A DNA stretch of 64,000 bases, taken from contig JBKQWF010000307.1 of NCBI GenBank assembly GCA_052139695.1, positions 72,297-136,296 of the forward strand, written 5' to 3'. A program made the position numbers and the translations under genes. The stretch is from Limisphaerales bacterium (GTDB taxonomy: Bacteria; Verrucomicrobiota; Verrucomicrobiia; Limisphaerales; Palsa-1400). Under the pieces are notes generated by a model, which saw only the letters and a program-made list of their open reading frames with translations, made no database searches and was not told where the DNA came from. Shown in pieces: positions 8,880 to 20,200 of this stretch (position 1 is the stretch's first letter; every line of letters starts with the position of its first letter).

Positions 8880-9958
8880 CGCCGGACGGCCCATTTTTGT
8901 TCGACGCCCATCTCGACCTGGCCCTCAACGCCTTGGAGTGGAACCGCGACTTGACCCGGCCCATCGCGGAAATCCGCGCCGCGGAGGCGGGGTTGCGTGA
9001 CAAGGCGGGACGCGAACACGGCACGGTTTGCCTGCCGGAAATGCGCCGGGGAAGGGTCGGGCTGGCGGTGGCGACGCAAATAGGAAGAGTCACCGATAAA
9101 ATTCACGGCGATTCCGTCGCGGTCTGGCATTCGGCGGCGCAAGCCTGGGCCATGACCCAGGCACAATGGGCCTGGTATCGCGCCTTGGAGGAAGCGGGCG
9201 AAATAAAAATCATCACCTCGCGCGCCGAGCTGGAGCAGAGCGCGGCTCTTTGGCGGAGCGGGGGAACATCTGCCATCGGCTGCGTTTTAAGCCTCGAAGG
9301 CGCGGATTCCCTCATCAGCATCGGGCATTTGGAGCGCGCGTGGTCGCGGGGTTTGCGGGCGATCGGCCTGGCCCATTATGGCCCCGGCCGCTACGCGCAA
9401 GGGACCAACGCCACCGGCGGTCTGCCGCCGGCAGGGCGCCAGTTGCTGAAGGAAATCGAGCGCTTGGGAATGATTCTGGACCTGACGCACTTAAGTGATG
9501 AGTGCTTCTCGGAGGCGTTGGCCAACTTTTCCGGGCCGGTCTGGGCCAGCCATCATAATTGCCGCGCGCTGGTCCCGCATCAGCGCCAATTGTCCGATGA
9601 CCAGATTCGCGCCCTGATCGAGCGCGACGCCGTCATCGGCGTGGTCCTGGACGCCTGGATGCTCGTGCCCGGCTGGGTGCATGGAGAGACCACGCCGCAA
9701 ACCTGCGGCCTGCGGCTGGCCCAGGCGGTCGAGCACATCGACCATGTGTGTCAAATAGCCGGTAACGCGCGGCATATCGGCCTCGGTTCGGACCTGGACG
9801 GCGGATTTGGCAATGAACAGACGCCGTGCGATTTGGACACCATCGCGGACGTGCGCGGTCTGTTGGATTTGCTGCGCGCGCGCGGCTGGAAAGCGGACGA
9901 CATCACGAGCTTCGCCCACGGCAATTTTCTCCGCGTTCTCGGCCGGGCGCTCGGCTGA
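8798..9958 (+). CDS. Membrane dipeptidase-like metallohydrolase (peptidase M19 family)
   Basis: FDAHLDLALN metal-binding start motif and an overall TIM-barrel dipeptidase pattern. The ATG at 8798 overlaps the upstream gene by about 80 nt. An in-frame TTG at 8876, overlapping the upstream TGA, is an alternative start. Confidence 0.65.
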   Translation: MGAGQDRWPGSDGDFRHDCPTGGGSALTPDGPFLFDAHLDLALNALEWNRDLTRPIAEIRAAEAGLRDKAGREHGTVCLPEMRRGRVGLAVATQIGRVTDKIHGDSVAVWHSAAQAWAMTQAQWAWYRALEEAGEIKIITSRAELEQSAALWRSGGTSAIGCVLSLEGADSLISIGHLERAWSRGLRAIGLAHYGPGRYAQGTNATGGLPPAGRQLLKEIERLGMILDLTHLSDECFSEALANFSGPVWASHHNCRALVPHQRQLSDDQIRALIERDAVIGVVLDAWMLVPGWVHGETTPQTCGLRLAQAVEHIDHVCQIAGNARHIGLGSDLDGGFGNEQTPCDLDTIADVRGLLDLLRARGWKADDITSFAHGNFLRVLGRALG

Positions 9959-10048
9959 ACGAGAAGAGGCATGCAAGTTTAAGGATGAATCGTCAGGGAA
10001 AAATAAACTGAACCTTTTTACGCCCGGCGCCTTCCACTAGGCGTAGAG

Positions 10049-10609
10049 ATGCTTTTGGTGACGCCATACCAACAGGAAGAACTCCCGGTGGGGGAGGCAA
10101 GACAGGGAGAGGCCAGCGCCTGGGAGGTCCTCTTTAAGCGCTACCAGATGCCCCTCTACACCTATGTCAACGAGCTCATCCACCACGAGCAGGCCAGCCT
10201 GGACATCGTGCAGGAGAGCTTCATCAGCGCCGCGCGCCACATCCAACGACTGCGGGAAGACCAAAAGTTCGGCTCTTGGCTCTTTGGGATCGCCCACCAG
10301 AAGTGCGCGCATTACTGGAGAAAACAACGCCCGGAGACTGGGCCCGTGAAAGAAGGGGAGGAACCCCGAGGGGAGGAGGCCGACCGCCCAGACGAAATGC
10401 TCATGCGGGCGGAAGAGGAGGAAAAACTCATGGCTCTCCTAGAAAAACTGCCGCCGCAGCACCGCGCGGCCCTGCTCCTTTACTTCATGGAAGACTTCTC
10501 CATCGAGGACATAGCCCAAATTACGGGAACCCCGACCGGGACGGTAAAATCCCGCCTGCACTACGCCAAAGGTGAGCTGCGGGAGATGCTGAACAAGGAA
10601 ACATTATGA
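10049..10609 (+). CDS. ECF-type RNA polymerase sigma-70 factor
   Basis: Region 2 (LFKRYQMPLYTYVNELI...DIVQESFISAARHI...FGSWLFGIAHQKCAHYWRK) and region 4 (LPPQHRAALLLYFMEDFSIEDIAQITGTPTGTVKSRLHYAK). Confidence 0.9.
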   Translation: MLLVTPYQQEELPVGEARQGEASAWEVLFKRYQMPLYTYVNELIHHEQASLDIVQESFISAARHIQRLREDQKFGSWLFGIAHQKCAHYWRKQRPETGPVKEGEEPRGEEADRPDEMLMRAEEEEKLMALLEKLPPQHRAALLLYFMEDFSIEDIAQITGTPTGTVKSRLHYAKGELREMLNKETL

Positions 10610-10986
10610 AGACCCTGAAAGAAATCCTCTTGGAGCGTAACGCAGGGATGGAAGGAAAGCTCGATGCGGTGCGCGGGCGCGCACTGGAGGCCATATCGCG
10701 GCCGAGCCCGGCGGACCGCTGGCGCGATTTGTGGAGCGGGATGCGAGGTCAGGCAACGGCCCTGGGGGCGGCCTGGGCAGTGATCTGCCTCCTTAACTGC
10801 GACCAGAACCCGAAAGCACCCAGAGCGGAGAACAAGGCTGCCCCCAGCGCCCAGGTCATCCTCTCCACCCTGCGGGAACACCGCAAGGAACTCATAGAAC
10901 TGACCGAAGCGCCGGCTGACCCCGAAGACCCGGCCGCCGCGCTAGAACAGCGGAGCGAGAAGCAAAACAGCAACGAGATCGCTTAG
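10606..10986 (+). CDS. Small single-pass membrane protein, candidate anti-sigma partner
   Basis: Its ATG overlaps the sigma-factor stop (ATGA). One predicted TM segment (ATALGAAWAVICLL). No recognisable zinc-finger anti-sigma motif. Confidence 0.45.
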   Translation: MKTLKEILLERNAGMEGKLDAVRGRALEAISRPSPADRWRDLWSGMRGQATALGAAWAVICLLNCDQNPKAPRAENKAAPSAQVILSTLREHRKELIELTEAPADPEDPAAALEQRSEKQNSNEIA

Positions 10987-11024
10987 AAGTTGTTTTGAAG
11001 CATTACCCTTAACCCACATTTTTT

Positions 11025-12662
11025 ATGGATGACACAACCAACGACAAGCCCCGGCCCTCCACCTGGGAGCGCAGCACCACCCGCCGATTCCTGCGCTGGC
11101 TCTTATCCGGGAAAACCCTGCGCCGGGGCCTCATCAGCCTGGCCTGGATCGCCACCCTGACCGCGCTCTTCTACGGGTTTGTTGACTGGCGAGCCCGGCG
11201 AGCCTGGAACGCCTACCGCCATGACTACGAGGCCAGGAACGGCCCCCTGGCCCTGGAAGCATTTGTTCCCAAAGTGATACCCGACGAGTCCAACTTTGCC
11301 AGCACCCCCTTTGCCCGCGAATGGGTCCAGACCCAAAACAACACCAACTTCCTCTTCAGCAAAGACACCTATGGCAAAGGCGATTTCCAGCCCTGGGACA
11401 AAAAGAAGGTACCCAAAAAATATACCAAATGCTTCGAGGATCTGGTGGCTTGGGAGCAAGTCTATCAAACCGTCCAATCCGGCAAAGCCCTGCCCAAGGG
11501 CGGGGTGCCCCCTGGCCCCCTCGACTTGGCCTCCAGAAGGAAAGCGGCCATCGGAGTGCTCAAGGGGATGCAAGAGGACGCAAAGGCCCTGGAAGAGCTG
11601 CGCCAAGCCAGCAGCCGGCCGCTGGCCAGGTACGCCCTCACCTACAAAATGGATGACCCCGCTTCTATCCTCCTGCCCCACCTCATCTGTGTCAAGGAAG
11701 CCGGCGGACGCCTTCAGACAAGGGCTTGCGCGGAGCTGGCCCTGGGCCAAAGTGACAAGGCGCTGGAGGACGTCATGTTGAGCCTTTACCTTGCCGACAC
11801 GCTCAAGAACGAACCCTTCCTCATCTCCTACCTCGTGAGGGTCGCGGAGATAGAGATCGCCCTGCGCCCCATCTGGGAAGGCCTGGCCGAACACCAGTGG
11901 ACTGACCCCCAGCTACAAGTCCTGCAGCAACGCATGGAAGGATACAATATGATAGGGGACCTGGAACAAGCCCTACGCGCGGAGCGGGCCTTCGGCGTGC
12001 GCATGATGGACTTAGTCAAGGAACGAGGATTGGCGTGGTTCACAAGAATCGGGGATACGCCCAACCTGCCCGCTCCCCAAGGACTGGAGGAGTTTATGCA
12101 AAACCTGGTCAGCTTCTTCATCCCCGCAGGCTGGTATGATCAGGAAAAACTGCACTACTGCCAGGGGTTCGACCAGCTCTTCCAAGGGACGATGGACGCC
12201 AAGGGCAGGCAGGTCTTCCCGCAACAAGTCAAAGAAAATAACGAGCCATGGCAGAACTCTAGCAACTCCCTGCGCAACGCCCTCTGGGACCACAACATGA
12301 TCTCCAAGTTCTTCTTGCCTTCCCTGGGTAAATTGCCCGTGCAGGCGGCCGCCGCCCAGACCGTCAGCCAGGCCGCCATCGCCTGCGCCCTGGAACGCTT
12401 CCGGATTTCCCAAGGCCATTACCCCGAAACGCTGCAGGAACTGACCAATAGCTACATGCCAAATATGCCCCGTGACGTGATCGGCGGCCAGCCCTATCAC
12501 TATCGGACCCTGGAAGGAGGCCGCTTTATCCTGTATTCGGTGGGCTGGAACGAGAAGGACGATGGGGGCGTTAGCGGGGCCAGACAGTATGACCGGACGG
12601 AAGGCGACTGGGTCTGGACCTACCCGGCGGAGTCAGCGTCAAGGGAGGCGGCAGCACGATGA
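11025..12662 (+). CDS. Membrane-anchored hypothetical protein
   Basis: 545 aa with an N-terminal TM segment (LISLAWIATLTALFYGF). The C-terminus GGQPYHYRTLEGGRFILYSVGWNEKDDGG resembles tails common in PVC-group hypothetical proteins. Same strand as the ECF module. Confidence 0.5.
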   Translation: MDDTTNDKPRPSTWERSTTRRFLRWLLSGKTLRRGLISLAWIATLTALFYGFVDWRARRAWNAYRHDYEARNGPLALEAFVPKVIPDESNFASTPFAREWVQTQNNTNFLFSKDTYGKGDFQPWDKKKVPKKYTKCFEDLVAWEQVYQTVQSGKALPKGGVPPGPLDLASRRKAAIGVLKGMQEDAKALEELRQASSRPLARYALTYKMDDPASILLPHLICVKEAGGRLQTRACAELALGQSDKALEDVMLSLYLADTLKNEPFLISYLVRVAEIEIALRPIWEGLAEHQWTDPQLQVLQQRMEGYNMIGDLEQALRAERAFGVRMMDLVKERGLAWFTRIGDTPNLPAPQGLEEFMQNLVSFFIPAGWYDQEKLHYCQGFDQLFQGTMDAKGRQVFPQQVKENNEPWQNSSNSLRNALWDHNMISKFFLPSLGKLPVQAAAAQTVSQAAIACALERFRISQGHYPETLQELTNSYMPNMPRDVIGGQPYHYRTLEGGRFILYSVGWNEKDDGGVSGARQYDRTEGDWVWTYPAESASREAAAR

Positions 12663-12854
12663 CAATAAAAGCGGCGCGGCAGGGAAACCAAATGGGTTAC
12701 GGCTGCGCCGAGTAAAGAATAAAACAGAGACCAAGCTGTTTCTTCCCCGCGCAGTGAGAAGAGAGCCACGGAAAACTGGGAGCACGCGACCCAACACCGT
12801 CTCCATCGCTTTTTGCGAAAGACACGCCACCAAATGCCGTGCCGGTGCGCAAAA

Positions 12855-15800
12855 TCAAGCGGCCTGGTCCAGCGCCTTCTTTTGCTGATTGATGGCTGGA
12901 GGCCGGCAAGGCAATTCCAGGGTGAAAATGGCGCCGCGGCCCGCTCCTTCGCTTTGGACGGTGAGAGAGCCGCCCAGTTCTTTGGCCGCCAGGGCGCCGC
13001 TGTGCAGGCCAAAACCGTGGCCGTCCTTGCGGGTCGTAAAGCCATGTTGGAAAATGCGGGTGAGATTCTCCGGCGGAATGCCAACTCCGTTATCGGCGAT
13101 CGCGATTTTGACGCGGCCCTCGCCATTGATCGCCTTGAGCACAATTCTTTTGTCCGTTCGGCCGGACGTGTTGCAGGCGAATTTGGCGTTGCGCAGGAGG
13201 TTAATGAGGATTTGTAACACCTTGTGTTTATCGGTGCAGACCGGCGGCAGGACGCCGTATTCGCGCACCACTTTGATGTCGTGCCGGTCGAAGGAACTCT
13301 CATTCATGCGCAAGGTGTCTTCGAGCAAGTCGGTCATCTGGATTTCCTCAAAGACACCGGAAACCCGGGCATAGCTTTGTTGCACGGCAATGATTTCCTT
13401 GATGTGCTCGACGTTGGAAGTCAGCGAACGAAGTTCATGCACAATCTCGCCGTGTTCCCGGGACAAGAGCGCGGAAAGGTCGGAGAGATAAGCCGGGACC
13501 TGCCGGCCTTTTGGACTGTCAAAAAAGCCAGGGAGATCCTGGGCATTCTCTTGCAGCAGAGTCGAAAGCTTGGACACATGGGAAATCTTCGAGGCGCGGA
13601 TTTTTTCGCTGACCAGAGAGCTGGAGACATTGACGCTGTTCAGAACGTTGCCGACGTTGTGCAAGACCCCAATGGCCACCTCGGCCATGCCGGCCTTGCG
13701 GGAGGCGGTGAGAAGTTCGTCGTGTGTCCTCTGCATTTCGATCTGCATTTTCTCGCGTTCAGCGATCTCCGCTTCGAGCTTGGCGCCCGTGCGTCTGCGC
13801 TCCTCGACTTCCTCGCTCAGTTGCCGGGTTCTGCGGGCCACTTTGCTGCGGAGCGATCTGACCCATTCCAGCGCCAAAAGCAGGACCAAGGCGAGCCCGC
13901 CCAAAACCCAAACTGTGTGCCGGGCGTTCCACCAGGGCGGTCGGGCCAGCACGGTCAGGTCGGCGGGTGAATTCAGGTAAACTTCAAACGAAGTAATCAC
14001 CTGGCCGAAGTCCGGGACGATGTCGGTTTTAGCTTTGAAGACTCCTTCCACGCGCACGCGGCTGCCCGGCGGGATGGAAGGCATGGCCGCGTCGGTCGCG
14101 GGCAGAAACGCGGAGAAGGTGGTCTCGCTTTTGTCCGGGCGAAACCGCAGCACTTGCAGCGAATCATTGGCGCTCATCCCGAGGTAGGTGGCTTCAATCC
14201 ACCCGCGAGTGGCGTCCTTGCCGCTGAGTGTATTATCTTGATTGAGCGCGAGCAAATCCAAAGCCTTCGGCGCCGGCAAGGGGCCGTGGGAGACCTTGCG
14301 CAGGAGGGCCTGGGCGAGTTTTGGCGAGAAGCCATCCGGCTCCGCCAGGCCGACCACCTCCACCGCATCTCCCGGTTCAACGGGGGTTTCCTCGCGGGGC
14401 AAAACCCGAATGCCGTCCTCGCCATCCTGGACAAAAAGCATGTCGGGAGCCTTATAAGTGACAATACCCGCTGTCTTGACGAGCTGGGTGGCCAAGCTCG
14501 CATTGTCCTCATCCAATTGCATGACTTTGCCGATCGCTTTGGTGGAAAGATCGAAGGGATTGTCCGACAAGGCGGTCACCAACTCGACGTATTCCCCGGA
14601 AGGCACGAGCAGGCGCAACCCCAGCCGCTGGTTGCGGCTGTTGACCACCGCTCCGCAAATCCCGCTAACCCGGACCAGGCTTCCGAGAAGACGCTGCTGC
14701 ACGTCCTTATCCATTTGGTTGACCCAGACAATGATCTCCCCGCCCGCGATGGCCAGGGTCAGGCGTTGCTTTTCAAAAGCGGTCACGACGCCTTCCACTT
14801 GCACCCAGACTCCGTCATCCCGTCCCGTCATCATATAATCCCAGGAATGCCGCAACGGTTCAGGGATGCGGCCTTTGCCGAGGACTGTGGCGGCCGCGGC
14901 GCAAGAAAGTATGCCGTTCTTCACCAGCCCTTGAATTTCGACATAGGTGCCTTCCTGCTCGAGCAGCGGATAGAGGCCGGCTTTGAGCGAGCCTTCCACC
15001 GGGATGCCATTCGAGCCGTTTTGCAAATAGAAGGTGCTTAAACCCAAATCGATGTAGGTAATGACTCCGCGAATCCGGACGGGAAATCTCCTTGCCGGGT
15101 TGTTTTTGATCAGTTCGTTGACTTGCCAGATATCGGTGGCAACGCCCTGCGGGTCTAACGCTGCGCTCTTCTCGTCCTTGGACGCAACGGCAGACTTGTT
15201 TTCAACGGCCTGCGCGCAGGCAAAATAGAGAACGGGCCGATTTCCTTCATGCGTCAGACAACCAATGAAGTTCGCAACGGCGCCGATAGGGACGTCCAGT
15301 TTTTGTTGGCCGTGCGCGACCAACCTGTTGGTTCCTTGGCCGAGGATAAAGGTGCCATCAGGTTTTTTCTGAACCAATGTTCCTCGCACGTGGACATAGC
15401 CGGAGGAATGATTGTTCGCTCGGCAGATCTCTTCCACGGAGAGAGTTCTTCGGCGCCCCCGTTCCCGCGGCGTCACCGCAACGTCGTCCGGAGAAGCGGC
15501 CCAGATCGTTCCGGCGACGCGGCGGCCTTGGTCGTCAAATACAGGTTGGATGACACCGTGGACTGTCAAGGCTTGGCGCGTGAGCGCGGTGAGAGGAACA
15601 TTCCCCGGATTAAGGATTTTCACCCGCAGGCTGGCGGTGCGCTTGGGGTCGGCTAACCGGATGGTTGTGTAATATCTGCCTTGGGAAATGGTCGTGGCCG
15701 TTCCCTCGGCGGCGCCCGTCAGAAACGTCTGGTCGTTCTTGAACAACTGCTCCGCATTGACTGTTCCGGCCTCCTCCAAAGAATCGAGGGGATCGATTTC

Positions 15801-17234
15801 CCGGTCCAACAGCTCCGGCAATTCCCCGCCAAAGCGCACGTGCCCCATCAGACAGATGCGGCTGCCGGGGTCGGGCACGTCGGCGGTTGAATCCAGCGCG
15901 AACATCTGAAATCCCGTTTCATCCAGCAGACCCATGGAATTCGCGGTCCGGCTGACAATCACGCCCTCCAGGTTTACCCTGACCGGGCGGACAGAAAGCG
16001 AGGGAGCGGAGGACGCGGTCGTTTTTTTCATGGCCGCGACGACCGGGTCGAGGCCGCGGAGATTGATCACGGGCAAGCCCTCCACCTCGGGAATACATTG
16101 CCATTGGATCCAATTGGGCTTTTCCGGAGTACAGGGGTCGAAAGAGAGCCATTTGGTCTTGGCGTCGCCGTCAAAAGCCATTTCGGCGGATTCTTGTGGT
16201 GGATTGTCAGTCTGGGCGGAGACGACCAGGGAGTATGGTGTGACGTCGTCACGCGCCGCATAGATCGGCTCCACTTCCGCAATTTGCACTGTTTGACCCG
16301 GCCCAAACGTATTGTCGATTTTAAGCTGGTAGAGGGCAAACGTGCAGGAATTGGTCAAGGTGAACACCCGGCGCTTGAAGCGGGTGGCGAATCGTTCTTG
16401 ATGACGTATGTCGAGGACCTTCCACGTGCCGCCTCCGTCATCGGAGCCGAGCAGGCGCCAATCGGACGGGTCGCGCTGAGGGACATCGTTGGCTGAAGTC
16501 AGCGCGTAACCAACCAGCCGCCGTGGTTTGGCAAGGCCCGCCGTCAAATTGGACAAAATGCCGGGTCCTTTCTCCAGGAGCAGATCGTGGGTGGCTGCGA
16601 GACGGGCGCGCATTCCAAATTGGCTGATGTTCGTGATGAGAATGGCGGTTTCAGCACGGTGGACGTACTGGCACTGAATCCAGCAGCCGCCTGGTTCGCT
16701 CGCCCCAAAATCGACCCAGCGCGTGCGCAAATCGTTGTCAAAGGCGTTCTCCGGGAGGCCGGTCAACGGGTGAGGATGCGAGGATGTGATCAACGTTCCC
16801 ACGGCGGACTCGTTGGTCACGCCCACGAGCGGCCCGAGCAGTTCGATTTCCGCCAGTTGCGCTTGCCATTGCTCCGGGTTTGGGTCGTCCAGCTCCGCAT
16901 TGACGCGCGTGATCTTTAATTGATAGATGTTGAAAGCCGTCGGGTTGGCCACCTCAAAGACGCGTCTCTCGTGGCGTTTGCTAAAGAGCTGGTTCGTCTC
17001 GGCGTCCAGGGTGGTCCAGGATTCGCCGCCGTTGGTTGAGCCGAGGAGGAGCCAATCCCTGGGATCGTAGTAGCTGTAGTCGTGGGTGGATGTCAGGGCA
17101 TAATGGGTGACGATTCGTTCTGGCAAAGGATCAGATTGGGCCAGGGCAGGCTCACCCGTGGCCAGGAGGATGAACAGAGCCGCGACCCGCGGGCAGTGGC
17201 TTCGGTATAATATGTTCAGGGTGTCTCGAAACAC
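12855..17234 (-). CDS. Giant sensor histidine kinase with N-terminal discoidin (F5/8 type C)-like repeats
   Basis: 1459 aa with a signal peptide. Repeated YALTS...DPxDWxLLGSxxGGxxWxxLD...YQLKI modules, one TM segment, a coiled coil, the H-box-like GMAEVAIGVLHNVGNVLNS, and an HATPase_c domain (DNGVGIPPENLTRIFQHGFTTRKDGHGFGLH). Confidence 0.85.
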   Translation of the reverse strand: MFRDTLNILYRSHCPRVAALFILLATGEPALAQSDPLPERIVTHYALTSTHDYSYYDPRDWLLLGSTNGGESWTTLDAETNQLFSKRHERRVFEVANPTAFNIYQLKITRVNAELDDPNPEQWQAQLAEIELLGPLVGVTNESAVGTLITSSHPHPLTGLPENAFDNDLRTRWVDFGASEPGGCWIQCQYVHRAETAILITNISQFGMRARLAATHDLLLEKGPGILSNLTAGLAKPRRLVGYALTSANDVPQRDPSDWRLLGSDDGGGTWKVLDIRHQERFATRFKRRVFTLTNSCTFALYQLKIDNTFGPGQTVQIAEVEPIYAARDDVTPYSLVVSAQTDNPPQESAEMAFDGDAKTKWLSFDPCTPEKPNWIQWQCIPEVEGLPVINLRGLDPVVAAMKKTTASSAPSLSVRPVRVNLEGVIVSRTANSMGLLDETGFQMFALDSTADVPDPGSRICLMGHVRFGGELPELLDREIDPLDSLEEAGTVNAEQLFKNDQTFLTGAAEGTATTISQGRYYTTIRLADPKRTASLRVKILNPGNVPLTALTRQALTVHGVIQPVFDDQGRRVAGTIWAASPDDVAVTPRERGRRRTLSVEEICRANNHSSGYVHVRGTLVQKKPDGTFILGQGTNRLVAHGQQKLDVPIGAVANFIGCLTHEGNRPVLYFACAQAVENKSAVASKDEKSAALDPQGVATDIWQVNELIKNNPARRFPVRIRGVITYIDLGLSTFYLQNGSNGIPVEGSLKAGLYPLLEQEGTYVEIQGLVKNGILSCAAAATVLGKGRIPEPLRHSWDYMMTGRDDGVWVQVEGVVTAFEKQRLTLAIAGGEIIVWVNQMDKDVQQRLLGSLVRVSGICGAVVNSRNQRLGLRLLVPSGEYVELVTALSDNPFDLSTKAIGKVMQLDEDNASLATQLVKTAGIVTYKAPDMLFVQDGEDGIRVLPREETPVEPGDAVEVVGLAEPDGFSPKLAQALLRKVSHGPLPAPKALDLLALNQDNTLSGKDATRGWIEATYLGMSANDSLQVLRFRPDKSETTFSAFLPATDAAMPSIPPGSRVRVEGVFKAKTDIVPDFGQVITSFEVYLNSPADLTVLARPPWWNARHTVWVLGGLALVLLLALEWVRSLRSKVARRTRQLSEEVEERRRTGAKLEAEIAEREKMQIEMQRTHDELLTASRKAGMAEVAIGVLHNVGNVLNSVNVSSSLVSEKIRASKISHVSKLSTLLQENAQDLPGFFDSPKGRQVPAYLSDLSALLSREHGEIVHELRSLTSNVEHIKEIIAVQQSYARVSGVFEEIQMTDLLEDTLRMNESSFDRHDIKVVREYGVLPPVCTDKHKVLQILINLLRNAKFACNTSGRTDKRIVLKAINGEGRVKIAIADNGVGIPPENLTRIFQHGFTTRKDGHGFGLHSGALAAKELGGSLTVQSEGAGRGAIFTLELPCRPPAINQQKKALDQAA

Positions 17235-17238
17235 AACA

Positions 17239-20200
17239 TTATCCGGCCCGGACCGTCTCCGTGCCTGCTGGGGCAGGGGACAAACTGGCAGGCCGTCCTT
17301 TTATCAGGGTGGCGCTGGAGGGGGAGTTTGAGTGCTCCGATGGAGTCGGGCGCCCCGGGTTGGCGGCAGCCAGGGCTTGAAGTTGCACCGGCAGCTCCAG
17401 GATGAAGGTCGCTCCTTCATCCGGGCCATCACTGTGTGCCACCAGCGTCCCCCCCAAATCCTGAGCGGTTAGAGCGCCACTGTGCAAGCCAAAACCATGA
17501 CCGTCCTTTTGCGTGGTGAACCCATGCGAAAAAATGCGGGTCAGATTTTCCGGCGGAATGCCAATGCCGTTGTCGGCCACTTCCAAGCGGATGCCGCGTT
17601 CACCCTGGGGGCGGATACGGACCGTGACGCGGCCGGATCTGCCTCTGCTCTGGCTGCAGGCGCGCTTGGCGTTTTGCAGGAGATTAATGAGGATTTGCAG
17701 AACTTTATGTTTGTCAACGAGGAGAGGCGGCGCTTTTTCAAAGTCACGAATGATCTCAACTTCGTGGGAATGATAACTGGCCTGGTTCATTTTGATGGCC
17801 GTTTCCATGATTTCGGATGGCTGGACCGATTCAAGGACGCCGACCCTATGGGCATTGGCCTGTTGCACGGCCACAATTTCATTGATGTGCTCGATGTTGC
17901 CGAGGAGTGAGCGCAATTCTTCGACCAAATGCTTCCGTTCCCCCGCCAGATGATCATCGAGGCTGGCGAGGAAGGCGGGCAGATTCCTGCCCCTTTCATC
18001 GCGCGTGATGAAGTCAGCCAGATCGGTTTTGTGTTGCTCCAGCAGTTGGACGACCTTGGCGAGGGTGGCAGCGCGGGAAGAGCGCAGGGCATTGACCACG
18101 AGATTGGCGGAAACATTGACACTGTTGAGGACATTGCCCACGTTGTGCAGCACTCCAGTGGCCACTTCCGCCATGCCCGCCTGACGGGAGGCGGCCATCA
18201 ATTGCTGGTGCGTTTGCTCGATTTCCAATTCCATCTGCTTGCGCGCCGTGATGTCGCGGAACATCCATATCCTGCCGTAATATCGGCCGTCTTTGCCGAT
18301 GACGGAGGAAGAGTAGCGGTCGAGCACGGTGCCATTCTTGAGCTCGACCTCGCGACGGTCCTTCACCCCGGGATGCGCGTAAAGGTGGTTGACATCGTCC
18401 AGGAATTCTTCCGGATTCTTGGCCATATTCATGACAAAGCGGGCCTGTTCGGCGTCGTCGTTTCCCGCCGTCAATGAAGCGGGGATTTGCCACAAATCGA
18501 TCGCCTGCTTGTTTTGCAGGATTTTTCTCCGATCGTTGCCGACGACGAGAATCCCGTCCAAAGAAGATTCCACCAAGGCTTCAAAGAAGGCCGTCTTGCC
18601 GCGAAGTTCCTCCTCTGCCTGGCGGCGTTCCGTAATATCGGCCAGACCGCAAACGGCACCGATAATCGTGCCGTCCTTATCGCTCACCGGAGCGAAGGCA
18701 CCCTGGCCAATCACCTTGGCGCCGTTGGGCAGGGTGTATTCATGGACGAATGGCTCCGCCCTGCCGGCCAGGCAATTGGCGATGAAGCCCTGCTGTTTCA
18801 CGCAGATTTCAACCGGCATCACTTCCTTGAAATGCCGCCCCTCGATTTGGGAAAGAGGCTTGCCAAAGAAGGTGCTGACCAGATTATTCGCGAAAACCAC
18901 CTTCCCGTTTTTGTCGATGCAGGCGATGTACATCGGCAGGGCGTCGATCATGGTGCGCAAGAGTCTCTGTTCAGCACGCAAGGCTTCTTCCGCCCGTTCG
19001 CCGGCCCGGATTTCGACCGCGAGCGCGCTGTTTGCCGCTGCCAATTCAGCGGTCCGCAGCCGGACTTTGGAGTCCAACAGGTCATTGGCGGCCTTGAGCT
19101 TGCGCTCCTTCTTTTCACCCCGTTGGGCCAGCCAGCGATAGAGGAGACCGATGCCGCCTGCCCCAAGCAGCGCGCAAATGGCAAAGAACCACGTCGTTTG
19201 GAAAAAGGCCGGCGGCAGTTCAACCTCAAAAGTATCGCCCGTTGTGTTCCAGAGGCCATCGGCATTGCAAGCTTGAACGCGAAAGGAGTATTTGCCGGGT
19301 TTCAAATTGTCGTAAACGACCGAGCGGCGGCCGTCGGCGTCCACCCACTCCTTATCGAAGCCAGCCAACTGATAGCGCAGCTTCATTCTCTGCGGGGCGA
19401 TGTAGCTTAAGGCCGTAAAATGAAATTCCATTTGACCGTTGCCGCCGCGGAGGGCGGGAACCTGGCGGTTCTCCACCTCGATTCCATCGATGCGGATTTT
19501 TTCAATGTGAACCGGCGGAACAACGCGGTTGGTCATGAGGTGGGCCGGGTCGATCATCACCAGGCCCCGGAGATTGGGGATCCAAATCCGGCCGTCCGCC
19601 GTCTTGCAGGCGACCGGCTCCTGGAAGGAACGGCCCGCGACTTTGGCGGATTCCAAGCCATCAAAGAGCATGTATTCGATGCGCGGCAGCTTTCCATCGG
19701 CGAACTCGTTAAGGTCCTGCCGGCTGGCTTTGAGGATGCCGCTGCTGGTATCCATCCAGAAATCACCACGGTCGTCGGGGACGATGGCATAAACGGTATT
19801 GCCGGGCAGTCCATGTTCCGGGGTTAAGTTCTTGATCTGGTTGTTTTTCAGGCGGGCGATGCCATTGGCCAGGCCTGCCCAAAGAGCGTCATCCTCGTCT
19901 TGAAAAACCCAGTTGACACGGTTGTCTGCCAGACCCTCGTTGCTGGACCATTGTTGGAATTCTCCGTTCCGCAGGCGGAAAATGCCGTTATTACTCGCCA
20001 CCCAAAGCGTGCCGTCGCGAGCCACGTAAAGGTTGTTGATCCAATAGAAAACCGGGGCGGCTTTGCCCGCGTAAGAGTAAGGCAGGAATTGGCCATTCTT
20101 AACGCGATAGAGCTGGTCAGAAATGGCCAGCAGCACGCTTTCAGCATCTTCCGCGAGAGCCGAGGGAAACTCTTCATTGGTGTAGGTTCGAACCACCTTT